Shown here: positions 9,428 through 18,696 of the stretch, one piece after another
Numbering within the stretch: the stretch's first letter is position 1
Layout: each line of letters starts with the position of its first letter
Source: an uncultured archaeon
Lineage (GTDB): Archaea > Asgardarchaeota > Lokiarchaeia > Sigyniarchaeales > SOKP01
Direction: 5' to 3'
Length of the DNA stretch: 46,237 nt
Assembly: GCA_964508365.1 (NCBI GenBank)
Contig: CAZDTP010000022.1
Coordinates: 1 to 46,237, forward strand
Notes under the pieces: generated by a model
What the model saw: only the letters and a program-made list of their open reading frames with translations
Database searches by the model: none
What the model was told of the DNA's origin: nothing
Made by a program: the position numbers and the translations under genes

Positions 9428-10063
9428 ATGGTGAACATTGGATTACTTGGTGATATAAGCGCGGGTAAAACAAGTATTCTTCGCTTATTTGTAAGATACT
9501 TAAAAGTTGGAGACATAGAACATGTAAAAGGGGGACTGAAATGCACCGTTGTTAAAACAGACTTCTCAGGTGAAGCAACTGTTCCCGGAGGAGATAAAGA
9601 AGATAGACTCAACCAAAAAGAAACTAAAACAATTCATCCGAATCGTGTGGTATTTAGAGAAGACGCATCTGGAAAAGCACATACCATCTTCGCACCTGGT
9701 GGAGATAGGCAGAGAGCGGTGGTAAAAATGGGCATAATTACTATTAGTCGAATAGCTACGCAAATTGTAGCCGTATTTTCTTTAGATCGCGAATTAGAAC
9801 GGCAATTCGAATTCTTCAACGATGTTCGCTTTTTCCCCGATAAAATTTATGTATGTATAAATAAAATTGATTTAGTAAAAGGAAATAGAGATAAAAAGAT
9901 AGAAGAAGTTAAAAAGAAAATAGACTCCTTTTTTAATCAGAGGAAAATCTCTGTTATCGATCACTTTATAACCTGCGGAGAAACTATTAAAGACTTTGCT
10001 GAAGTTGAGGAATACAATAATCGTGTTGCCGAAATGATATTAGGAATAACCATACCTCGTTAA
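9428..10063 (+). CDS. Small Ras-superfamily/MglA-like GTPase with an atypical G3 motif
   Basis: G1 GDISAGKTS and G4 CINKID. The G3 position reads FAPGG, with no Asp. Confidence 0.75.
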   Translation: MVNIGLLGDISAGKTSILRLFVRYLKVGDIEHVKGGLKCTVVKTDFSGEATVPGGDKEDRLNQKETKTIHPNRVVFREDASGKAHTIFAPGGDRQRAVVKMGIITISRIATQIVAVFSLDRELERQFEFFNDVRFFPDKIYVCINKIDLVKGNRDKKIEEVKKKIDSFFNQRKISVIDHFITCGETIKDFAEVEEYNNRVAEMILGITIPR

Positions 10064-10087
10064 ATAATCTAAAAAAACTCATATTTC

Positions 10088-10603
10088 TTATTCTTTTAAT
10101 TTTAAAGCCAATCTTACAAAAAGTTTCTGCAAATCAAGTTTGTAGCCAATAAGAGGAGTTAATCGGATATTAGTTGTTTTTTTATCTATCTCTAAAAAAC
10201 CTTCTTTTTCCAATATTTTTATATCATCTTTGACATCCTTTTTATTTCTTAATATCCTAATTTCCTGAATTGAGGTATATCCTGAATTTTTAAGGCAAGA
10301 AGTTAAAACACATAGTAAGGTCGCTGATAAACTCGGTCTGCCCTCAAAAGGATTAGCTGAAATTAATTCTGTTAGCTCAATATCATAATTTATAAACCAA
10401 TGTGAATTTAACGAGTTGAAGTTTATTTGAAGTCCCAATGGCTCGAGATATTTGGATAAACCCATTATTAGGTCTTGGAAGTAAACTGATTTATTCTTAT
10501 TCTTAACATTTAATGACTTCAAAATCTCTTTTTTAGTAGCTCCTATTTGATGGATGCTTTTCTTTCTACTTAACAGATACATTAAAATTGAAATTTCGTT
10601 CAT
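10088..10603 (-). CDS. KITE subunit (tandem winged helix; Nse1/Nse3-MAGE or ScpB-like)
   Basis: Last gene of the smc operon. Two WH-like halves: LMYLLSRK..ATKKEIL..FQDLIMGLSKYLEPLGLQI..HWFI resembles MAGE/Nse WH-A, and ATLLCVL..ILEKEGFL..IRLTP resembles WH-B. Confidence 0.65.
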   Translation of the reverse strand: MNEISILMYLLSRKKSIHQIGATKKEILKSLNVKNKNKSVYFQDLIMGLSKYLEPLGLQINFNSLNSHWFINYDIELTELISANPFEGRPSLSATLLCVLTSCLKNSGYTSIQEIRILRNKKDVKDDIKILEKEGFLEIDKKTTNIRLTPLIGYKLDLQKLFVRLALKLKE

Positions 10604-10616
10604 TTATTAGATAACC

Positions 10617-11270
10617 TCATATGTATAATGTATTGGTATTTTTTTCATATTTTATTTTGCCTAGCTGAAGCAAATGTAGCAAGTATACAAATTGTTCATA
10701 AATCTCTATTTGATCCAGTTCATTATCGAACACATCTTCAAAAAAACAAGGGAGTTTTTTGTTTATTTTTTCATAAAATGCACTAATTTTTTCAGTAAAT
10801 TTATACTTTGGAACCTCTAATAAAAATTGATCATTAGTTTTCTCTCTAATCAAGTGTTCAATGTTAAAATTTGTTATCCTTTCTTTAACATAACGATTAG
10901 AAGCGTAATCTAAAAATTTCATAGAAATTGGTTCGAAATGAAATATTTTTCTCCAACAACCGCGAAAAAGGTCAGATATTTGGTCCTCGCCAGGGTTAGT
11001 TTTCAAAAAATCTTCGAACTTTTTTTCTATATCTAATGAAGTTAGCAAATTCTTTAATTCTTCAAATTTTTGGTTGAGTAATTTGACTGCATTTTTATAG
11101 CTTTGCGAATAATTTTCGATGTTGGATATACTAATTGAGTCATTAATTTCGCTAAAAATAGGATTGAGTTGTAGATCTAGTAACTTAATCTTACCTGAGA
11201 GGACTTCTTCTTTTATAAGTGCGATCCTTTTATTAATTTTTTCTGATAAATCTAATTCCTCCACTTTCAC
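10617..11270 (-). CDS. Kleisin (ScpA/Nse4-like)
   Basis: Start overlaps the smc stop by 4 nt. N-terminal helical region (SGKIKLLDLQL) and a C-terminal WH, FVYLLHLLQLGKIKY, matching the ScpA pattern F(L)ALLxLxxxGKI. Confidence 0.7.
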   Translation of the reverse strand: MKVEELDLSEKINKRIALIKEEVLSGKIKLLDLQLNPIFSEINDSISISNIENYSQSYKNAVKLLNQKFEELKNLLTSLDIEKKFEDFLKTNPGEDQISDLFRGCWRKIFHFEPISMKFLDYASNRYVKERITNFNIEHLIREKTNDQFLLEVPKYKFTEKISAFYEKINKKLPCFFEDVFDNELDQIEIYEQFVYLLHLLQLGKIKYEKNTNTLYI

Positions 11271-14200
11271 CCTTCCCTAACGATTTTAGGATTAAAAATA
11301 GTCGACACTTCCTTTTTTCCTACTCTAGCAACTCCGATTAACTTGTCTGCAAGTAAATAAAGTGTGTTTGATGATTTTGGTAAGAATAATAGCATTTGAA
11401 TAGAATTATTCTCAAGAGTTGATTTTATCATCTTATATGAAGCTTCTGAATTCCTATCATCTAAAAACATCCCAGCTTCGTCAAGCATTACAATAGGAGA
11501 ACTTCTAATCTCTAAAAGTGATAAAATTAAACCAATAGATATCATGGATATCTGACCACCGCTTAAAGCTTTGCATGATTTTAACTGATCCTTAGAAATC
11601 GCAGCTTTAATATCTATTCCTAAATCTTCGAATTTCCCTATTAACTCAAGCGTACAATAGGCCTTAATATCTGTAGACTTAAATTTATCATTAATTCTCG
11701 TATTCAGTTTCTTTAATACTAAATGAAATTTGTTGAAATAAGTGTCCTCCATTTTATTTTCAGTCTTTAATGCTGCTTCTATATCTATTTCTATTTCTCT
11801 CTGATTTTTTGTAATTTCTTTTAAACCCTTTAGAATTTGCTCTTTTTCAACCAAGATACTATCATCAATATCTAAGTATTTCAAGAGATCTTTGTCTATG
11901 TTCAATATATCTCGATTTATGTCTTGAATAGGTCGAAGCGTTAGTACCTCTTCTTCAATTAATGGACCAATTTCAGATATAACACGCTTTAAGTCATCTT
12001 CTTTGATGCCTAATTCGCTTGAAATTGAAGTCTGCTTAAAAATCTCTTGTTCTAATCTTAAATTTAGTTGAATGTAAGATTTATCAAGTTCCTTTTTTTC
12101 AATTAGGGTTATATTTTTTTTTTCTTTAAACTCTGAGATGACATTGTTAACATTTAATAATTCTTCTTCAATGTTCTCTAATTCTCTATAAATTCCAAAT
12201 GCTTTTTTATCTGACTTTTGGAACGCATCTTTTTTGAAATTATAGTTATCTTCGGATGACTTTAAATCGCTGGTATAATAATTTAATTTCTCACTGATCT
12301 CTTTTAGAGATTCTAGATTTTCACTAAGTTTTTCTTCCCATTTTTTTAATTCGTCGTTGTAATTATTTAGTTCGCTGGGAATTTCCTTGATTCTTTTGTT
12401 CCAATCGAAGAACTCTGGGTCTTTCTGAGATTCTAAATCGTTGAGTTTTCTGGACACTTCGCTTAGGTTGTCATTAAATTCTTTATTACGCTGCTCTAAG
12501 GAGTAAATCAGCTTATATTGATGATTCTTCTTGGTAGTTAACCTTTCTTTCTGTTTAAAATTGAATAGAAGATCGGTAAATGATTCTTTTTTTCTGAGAA
12601 TATCATTTTGGTGTTTATCAAGTTTAGTTAGTTCCACTTTTAATTCTAAAACTTTGTTGTTTAACGATTTGATTTCTTTCTCCAAGAAATTTGATTGTTC
12701 TTTTTGTGTTCCTGTACTCAACAGTCCTTTTAACCTTTTTACGTGAGGACTTTCATAGGCATATCTATAAGATATAATTTGTTTTCCCTGTAATGTCACA
12801 CATTTTCCCTTAAAACCACTAGTTCTGTAAATTTCTTTAGCAGACTGGTAGTCATCAACAACAATACAGTTTTTGATTATTGAATAAATAACCTTTTGAA
12901 TATCAGAGTCTCCGTTTATAATTTCAATCAATTCGACTAAATATCCAATTACTCCATTCGCAGCAATTTTTGGATATTTAGTAATGTTGCCTTTTTTTGG
13001 AATGTAAACGTTACAATAAGCGTTATATTTTTTTTTTAACCTCTCCATTAAGTTTAGTGTATCCCAATCACTCGCAATAAAGCTATTTAGTAATCTTTCT
13101 CCAAAAACAGATTCAATTGCGTAGCTTAATTTATCATCATATTTTAAGTATTCAATTATAGGTCCCTTAACCCGATCGAATAAATCTCTTTTTTTAATTT
13201 CTTCTTTCAGAATATTTATATTAGGTGAGAGTACAATTTTTCGTTCTCTTAACGCAGTTTGTATTTGTTTAAATTCTCTTATTTTTTTTGACTTATCATA
13301 TTCTATTTTTTCAATTTCAGCTCCAAAATTTAATGTTTCCACTGTTACTCTTTTAAGATTTATATCTAACTGTTTTAATAGATCTTCCGTAGGATTTTCT
13401 AAAAACCATTTGTTATTAGATAATTTGTGGTCAATATCCTTCAAACTCTGAAATATATCGTTTATATCTTTTTTAATGTCTTCAATGTTATTTTCGTTTT
13501 CTTGGATGGATCTTAGAATAGTCTCCCTCCGTTGCGATAATTTATTGTACTTTTCTAAAAAAAGATCATTCTCTTTAATTTTCCTTGTTAAATCACTTTG
13601 CTCCTTGATAATACTATCAATTTTGGTTTTTATAAAATCTGTCTTTGTTTTTATTGCATCGGCTTTCTCATCAACATTCTTTTTCTGATTTCCAATATTT
13701 TTTAAGATTTTTTTCTTTTCTGCAAGTTTTTCTGCTAATTTATCCAACTCACTTTTAGCAGTAATTTTCTCTTTTTGCCATTTACTAATCTCGTTTATAA
13801 ATTCCTGTTTCTTATACCCTAATACACCTAAATTTTCCGAAAAATTGCTAATTTTAGTATCAACATCAAGAATAATCTTTTCTTTTTCATTGATTAAATT
13901 TTGACACTTGTCAACTTCTTTTCTTATAATATCAATTTGGATTTCGGTGTCACTGAGATTGGCCTTTAATTCTTCAATTTCTTTTTGTAATTCGCCTTTA
14001 TTTGCCCAAAGTAACTCGTCGGTGTATTTCTTTTTAATATCTAATAATTTATTTTTCTCCCTCAATCGTTTTAATTTTGGCGTCAACAGATCCAGGTTAA
14101 TATTTAGAGCATTTTTTCTTGAAACTAAAGATTGAAATTCCGTGTTTAATGCCAATACACCTTTTTTTTGTTGGAGGATTTCATCTCTAAGGCCTTTTAA

Positions 14201-14770
14201 TCCAATACCCTCTTCTAGAAATGAACAAAGCTCTATTGGTTTTAAATTCTTTATAGCATCAATTTTTCCTTGGCTTACGAACGCAAACTGGTTATCAGGA
14301 TTAATATCTAGCTTAGAGACTAATTTTTGAACTTCAGTTACATGAGCTTTCTTGAATTCTTTGTCCTTGTCAAATTGTATTTCAAAAAAAGGAGATTTCC
14401 CTTTTACTACAGTTCTTCGAATTTTAATAATCTCGGTATGATGTTGAATATGAAGCTCTACCATAGCGTGTGCTTGGCTGTTTCTTATAAAATCAGACCA
14501 TTTCTTATATCTCTCATCTCTTTCGTTACTTCCTAATGCAAATTTAATAGCTTGAAAAATTGAAGTCTTACCGCTCCAATTCGGGCCAATTATCAAAACA
14601 AAACGAGGAATTTCCTTAATTTTTTTGGTTGAAAAATCAACTTCATCCCGTTGGAAAGATAAAAAATTCTCTAAAATAACCTTCCGTATATAGGTACCAC
14701 TCTTGTTTAATGATTTATTTGTGGTGTCAATCGTTTTTTTTTTACTAGAAATAGCCGTCTTTTCTCTCAC
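11267..14770 (-). CDS. smc: SMC protein of the SMC5/6-related type
   Basis: Walker A GPNWSGKT, Q-loop FVSQG, long coiled coils, hinge (GPIIEYL..AIESVFG..LNSFIA), signature LSGGQ, Walker B MLDEA. The end motif QMLLFLPK resembles the SMC5/6 Q(F/Y)xxxTP(K/Q) motif rather than the ITH/ISH of condensin-type SMC. Confidence 0.9.
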   Translation of the reverse strand: MREKTAISSKKKTIDTTNKSLNKSGTYIRKVILENFLSFQRDEVDFSTKKIKEIPRFVLIIGPNWSGKTSIFQAIKFALGSNERDERYKKWSDFIRNSQAHAMVELHIQHHTEIIKIRRTVVKGKSPFFEIQFDKDKEFKKAHVTEVQKLVSKLDINPDNQFAFVSQGKIDAIKNLKPIELCSFLEEGIGLKGLRDEILQQKKGVLALNTEFQSLVSRKNALNINLDLLTPKLKRLREKNKLLDIKKKYTDELLWANKGELQKEIEELKANLSDTEIQIDIIRKEVDKCQNLINEKEKIILDVDTKISNFSENLGVLGYKKQEFINEISKWQKEKITAKSELDKLAEKLAEKKKILKNIGNQKKNVDEKADAIKTKTDFIKTKIDSIIKEQSDLTRKIKENDLFLEKYNKLSQRRETILRSIQENENNIEDIKKDINDIFQSLKDIDHKLSNNKWFLENPTEDLLKQLDINLKRVTVETLNFGAEIEKIEYDKSKKIREFKQIQTALRERKIVLSPNINILKEEIKKRDLFDRVKGPIIEYLKYDDKLSYAIESVFGERLLNSFIASDWDTLNLMERLKKKYNAYCNVYIPKKGNITKYPKIAANGVIGYLVELIEIINGDSDIQKVIYSIIKNCIVVDDYQSAKEIYRTSGFKGKCVTLQGKQIISYRYAYESPHVKRLKGLLSTGTQKEQSNFLEKEIKSLNNKVLELKVELTKLDKHQNDILRKKESFTDLLFNFKQKERLTTKKNHQYKLIYSLEQRNKEFNDNLSEVSRKLNDLESQKDPEFFDWNKRIKEIPSELNNYNDELKKWEEKLSENLESLKEISEKLNYYTSDLKSSEDNYNFKKDAFQKSDKKAFGIYRELENIEEELLNVNNVISEFKEKKNITLIEKKELDKSYIQLNLRLEQEIFKQTSISSELGIKEDDLKRVISEIGPLIEEEVLTLRPIQDINRDILNIDKDLLKYLDIDDSILVEKEQILKGLKEITKNQREIEIDIEAALKTENKMEDTYFNKFHLVLKKLNTRINDKFKSTDIKAYCTLELIGKFEDLGIDIKAAISKDQLKSCKALSGGQISMISIGLILSLLEIRSSPIVMLDEAGMFLDDRNSEASYKMIKSTLENNSIQMLLFLPKSSNTLYLLADKLIGVARVGKKEVSTIFNPKIVREG

Positions 14771-14778
14771 CTACTTAC

Positions 14779-16056
14779 TTAATACTCTCCAAACGCTCTC
14801 TTTAAATTATCGATACGTTTCTTCGCTTTTTCTAAATTAATTTGAGCCATATTAGGACTATCGTTAAAAATAAACGCATATTTAGCTAACAATTTTCTCT
14901 CAATTTCTTCTAAATGCTCGTTCTTGTTTAATTTGTCAATTATCAGCACAAGCTCGGTATAATTTTTAGATGCCGCGTTTTCGTACAATTGATTGAGCAT
15001 AAAATCTGTAAACCTTTCCTCTTTAATTTCACTGCTTAAGTTTTGAGTGTAAATGTTTTTACTTTCTATATTTCTCCCGTTCATGGAATTTTTTTTAGAA
15101 AATTCATTATTTTTGTGAAAATTTGAATCTAAGTTTTCGATATTTCGTTCTGTCTCTGAGGTAGTAGGAATATACTCTCCTGATTCTATCAAATTAATTA
15201 AACCGTCTGTAATTTCATTACTCGACTCGTTTAGTTCAGAATTGAGAAAATGTTTAAATATCCCAATTTTTAGTAACTGAATTAGGTCTTTTGTCTCCCA
15301 ATTTGCTGTATAATCAACTAACGTCTTAATATCGAACACTATTTTCGGATTTTTCTCAGAAAAAGCTCTAAATATCGTCTCCCTTTCTATCTTATCCAAA
15401 ATTGGCACTTTGATAAAGAGATCAAATACTTCAAAAATCAGTTGCGAACTTTTTTTGATTTCTTTCATAGTATTATTAATCCAGATTAAAACTAATCCAT
15501 CTTTTATAAAACTTGTTCTATTCTTATAAGATACCATAAAAAGTTCTAAAATATTCTTCCCATTTAAGTTAATACTGGAAAATTTCTGTTGGTCTATTAT
15601 CAATAATCCTTTAATTTTAGATTGTCCAGGATCGTGTTCATTTGATCGAGATGCTTCGTTGTTTTTTGTTTCATTTTCTCTATTTTTCAGCGTCCGTTCT
15701 ATTATACTCTCTAAAATGTCAATAAAATTAGATATAAACTCGTCAGGAGCCTTTACAATTTCTTCATGATTCAGTTCGAAAAAATTTAAATAATAATTTT
15801 TAGATATTAATTTTAAATAATCTACGATATCAGTTCCAGGATTTACCTTTATTAATATTGCACCTTTAAGGCGAATGAATTTAATGTAACTCTGAATAAC
15901 TGATTCCTCATCATTAGTTAAGATTATTTTCAAATAATTTATTATATCGTTATATTTTTGACGATAAAAAATCTCCTCCCTATCAATATCCATTTCATTT
16001 GGCGTGATTAACCGATAAAATTTAGAAAATTTCAAATCGTCTGTTTTACCTTCCAT
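14779..16056 (-). CDS. Degenerate (pseudo-ATPase) classic-clade AAA+ protein, first gene of the smc operon
   Basis: KGAILIKVNPGTDIV aligns to KGxLLxGPPGTGKT, LLIIDQ to Walker B, FDLFIKVPILDKIERETIF to FDxxIxxPLPDxxxRxxIL, and TANWETKDL to TxGFSGADL. The catalytic GK and the Walker B Glu are absent. 8 nt from the smc start. Confidence 0.7.
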   Translation of the reverse strand: MEGKTDDLKFSKFYRLITPNEMDIDREEIFYRQKYNDIINYLKIILTNDEESVIQSYIKFIRLKGAILIKVNPGTDIVDYLKLISKNYYLNFFELNHEEIVKAPDEFISNFIDILESIIERTLKNRENETKNNEASRSNEHDPGQSKIKGLLIIDQQKFSSINLNGKNILELFMVSYKNRTSFIKDGLVLIWINNTMKEIKKSSQLIFEVFDLFIKVPILDKIERETIFRAFSEKNPKIVFDIKTLVDYTANWETKDLIQLLKIGIFKHFLNSELNESSNEITDGLINLIESGEYIPTTSETERNIENLDSNFHKNNEFSKKNSMNGRNIESKNIYTQNLSSEIKEERFTDFMLNQLYENAASKNYTELVLIIDKLNKNEHLEEIERKLLAKYAFIFNDSPNMAQINLEKAKKRIDNLKRAFGEY

Positions 16057-16401
16057 TCAGAATGCCATCAATTTTTTATTTATAATTTTTAAACATTATT
16101 TTCAAGATAATTATCACATATATATTTAGCTATAGGTTATCCCCCGACAATATTATATACATTTAAATGTCATATATCAATTGTTTTAATTCATAATTAA
16201 AAAATTATGTGAAGATGTTTAATATAAATAAAGAGAGTCGATAATTTAATAATACTATAAATGGATAAAAAAAAAAGAAGGTTTTTTATATCTAAATTGC
16301 TTTACATCAAATTTTAATGATAGTACAAAAAGGAATGATCCTTTAAGTGAATTACCATAAACTTTATAAGTAATTTGCTTAATGTATAGAAGATTTTCGT
16401 T

Positions 16402-16650
16402 TTAACCTATTTTTTCAGGCATGCAGAAATATCCTTTCTCTAATTCGTACTTTGAAAATAACCCACATCCAAAACAACTACAACCTTTGTTTTGAATTTA
16501 TGAAACTGGTTTTTTAGATTTTCCTCGTGAACAAAATAACGCATGTGGCTCAAACTTGTTGAGTTTATTTGGTTTGAAAGAAGGGCAAGGATCACAGAAT
16601 TTTATATACTCTGCCATTGACTCTTCAGTATCTAAGACTAGTAGTGGCAT
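16402..16650 (-). pseudogene. DUF2769-like Cys-rich small protein interrupted by an in-frame TAA
   Basis: ATG 16650 gives MPLLVLDTEES..FCDPCPSF..LFCSRGKS..PVS, then TAA at 16498-16500, then the same frame continues IQNKGCSCFGCGLFSKYELEKGYFCMPEKIG to TAA at 16402. Both halves fit the CxxCPS/LFCxxGKS/GCxCxxC/YxC pattern. Confidence 0.65.
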
Positions 16651-16822
16651 TTTATTTTTCCTCTTAAGTTTTTTGATGTATTTTGAATATTTAAAAAAAT
16701 TCAAATAAATCTTGAAATGTCCTTTTAAGCTATTAAATTTAATATTTATAGATTATTAGTTTTTGAGGATATTGATACCTCCTTGAGCAATTCAGAACAA
16801 AAAAAAGTTAACAATATATTCA

Positions 16823-17212
16823 TTATAAATTTAAATTCTGGTTAAAAGTTATTAAGTTATGCTTCAATTCTTCTTTAAATAGATGATAGTAGGTGAATTT
16901 CTGCTTTTTATATCCTTGAATTAACCCCGCAGCAACTAATTTTCTTAAATGGTGAGATATTGTTGATTGTGATTTATTTAATATAGTTTCTAACTCACAA
17001 ACGCACCTATCTTGCTCTTTTAAAGCATTAATAATGATTAATCGCTCTTTTGATGCAATCGCGGATGTGAATCTTTCAATGACATCTAAATTCTCATTCT
17101 CTTCTAATTTCTTACCCAATATTAGTAACTTATCGAAATCAGAGTTTGAATTTGAGCAATTTTTACAGGCACACAACATCTTCTTAATTTCTTGACTTCT
17201 TTTTTGCTTCAT
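16823..17212 (-). CDS. arsR: ArsR/SmtB-family metalloregulator
   Basis: ERLIII, CVCEL As(III)-type CxC site, SQSTISHHLRKL helix, GLI..YY. Extra N-terminal CACKNC. Divergent from acr3. Confidence 0.9.
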   Translation of the reverse strand: MKQKRSQEIKKMLCACKNCSNSNSDFDKLLILGKKLEENENLDVIERFTSAIASKERLIIINALKEQDRCVCELETILNKSQSTISHHLRKLVAAGLIQGYKKQKFTYYHLFKEELKHNLITFNQNLNL

Positions 17213-17382
17213 ATAGTGCCAATTTTTATATATATCTCTTGTATATGTATATAAAATAAATCGATAAATATAAATTTATAGGATTTAAAGCTCCATATCT
17301 TCTCAAATCGATAACCTTAAATTTGAAGTATTATATTTTATCTTAAGCTTCCACCATAAATAATATGAATCTATGAGAAATT

Positions 17383-17556
17383 ATGGATAAATCCTATAAT
17401 CTAAGGGTTGGGGTAATTTTAGATGGAAAGTATGGTGAAAGAGCTTATGAGAATATTAAGAAAAGATTAAATGCATTTTGGATAACTCTCAAACAATTTA
17501 TAACTAAAATAAAAAATGAACAAAAAGTTAGAAAAGAAAATTCAAAACTTAATTGA
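17383..17556 (+). pseudogene. Truncated remnant resembling the N-terminus of a DUF166-family protein
   Basis: 57-codon ORF MDKSYNLRVGVILDGKYGERAYENIKKRLNAFW... The G(K/E)YGERxxENI start is typical of DUF166, but the rest degrades into low-complexity K/N sequence and stops. Confidence 0.45.
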
Positions 17557-17561
17557 TCATT

Positions 17562-18653
17562 ATGGTTGAAGAAGATATTGAAAGTAAAGCAATAGATAAA
17601 TTAAATAAATCAGAAGAAGCAAAACAAGAATCAAGAAAGATTAACTACTTCGAAAAGCTTCTTCCTATATGGGTGGTATTATGTATCATCATAGGTTTAA
17701 TTCTTTCCCAGTTTGTACCAGAGATAAGTCAAGCGATAAATTCTTTACAAATTGGAGGTATTTCTATACCAATTGGGATTTGTTTATTTTTAATGATGTA
17801 CCCCGCAATGTTGAATTTACAAGCATCAGAATTGAAGAAATTAGGTAGAAACCCAAAACCTATAATCTTGACATTAATTTCTAATTGGCTTGTTGCTCCT
17901 TTTGTGGGCTTGGCGATGGTTAATATATTTCTACCAGGCACAACTGAATCTATAATACAATTGAAAGTTGCGATAATATTACTCTCAAGTTCGCCTTGTA
18001 CGGCTATGGTTTTAGTGTGGGGATGGATGGCGAAGGGGAACCAAGAACAAAATGTGTTAAATACGAGCTTAAATACGATAACAATAATCTTTTTGTACGT
18101 AGGAATGGTTTCCTTATTAACAGGTATTCAAAATATTCCAATTAATCCATGGTTATTATTAATCTCTTTAGTATTCTTCATTGGTATACCATTATTATTA
18201 GGAATAGTAAGCAAGAGATTAATCATCTCATCAAAAGGAATATCGTGGTTTAATGAAAGCTACAAACCATTTGTTGGAAAGATTTCAATTGTTGCTTTAT
18301 TGACAACTTTAGTTGTTTTATTTTCTCTAAATGGCGAAGTTCTTCTAGATAATCCTGATTTGTTACTACTAGTCTCAATTCCTCTTTTAGTAGGTTTTGT
18401 TATTGTAGTTGCTTACAACGTTTTTATTACTAAAATCTTCAAAATGAAGTATAAAGAGGCAGTTATTACCGTAATTATCGGATCATCAAGTCACTTTGAA
18501 ATTGCCATTGCAACAGCTATCGCTATATATGGAGTTGGTTCCATAGCAGCTTTAGGAACTACAATGGGTTTATTTTGGGAAGTACCTGTTATGCTAGCAA
18601 TAGTATATCTTGGAAAATTCCTTGAGAAACGAGGTTTCTGGAAAATTAATTAA
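17562..18653 (+). CDS. acr3: Acr3-family arsenite/antimonite efflux transporter
   Basis: MMYPAM, NWLVAPF, the conserved PCTAMV Cys motif and SSHFEIAIATAI; ~10 TM. Likely ATG at 17562. Confidence 0.92.
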   Translation: MVEEDIESKAIDKLNKSEEAKQESRKINYFEKLLPIWVVLCIIIGLILSQFVPEISQAINSLQIGGISIPIGICLFLMMYPAMLNLQASELKKLGRNPKPIILTLISNWLVAPFVGLAMVNIFLPGTTESIIQLKVAIILLSSSPCTAMVLVWGWMAKGNQEQNVLNTSLNTITIIFLYVGMVSLLTGIQNIPINPWLLLISLVFFIGIPLLLGIVSKRLIISSKGISWFNESYKPFVGKISIVALLTTLVVLFSLNGEVLLDNPDLLLLVSIPLLVGFVIVVAYNVFITKIFKMKYKEAVITVIIGSSSHFEIAIATAIAIYGVGSIAALGTTMGLFWEVPVMLAIVYLGKFLEKRGFWKIN

Positions 18654-18696
18654 TCATAATAAAAAGATATTAAAAAATGAAAGAGGTTTAATATTA

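Noticed and set aside
10088-16056. Wadjet (JetABCD/MksBEFG) anti-plasmid system
   Set aside because: No Toprim/JetD nuclease, and the SMC has a canonical hinge with SMC5/6-like motifs. The fourth gene is AAA+-like.
17220-17320. ArsR operator in the arsR-acr3 intergenic region
   Set aside because: ATCGATAA occurs twice and there are ATAT-rich pseudo-palindromes, but none is distinguishable from background in such AT-rich DNA.
18610-18696. Extended N-terminus of the MTase-HgcA-like ORF overlapping acr3
   Set aside because: A GAGGT RBS precedes ATG 18697, where family-like sequence begins; the upstream 29 codons look non-coding or belong to acr3.
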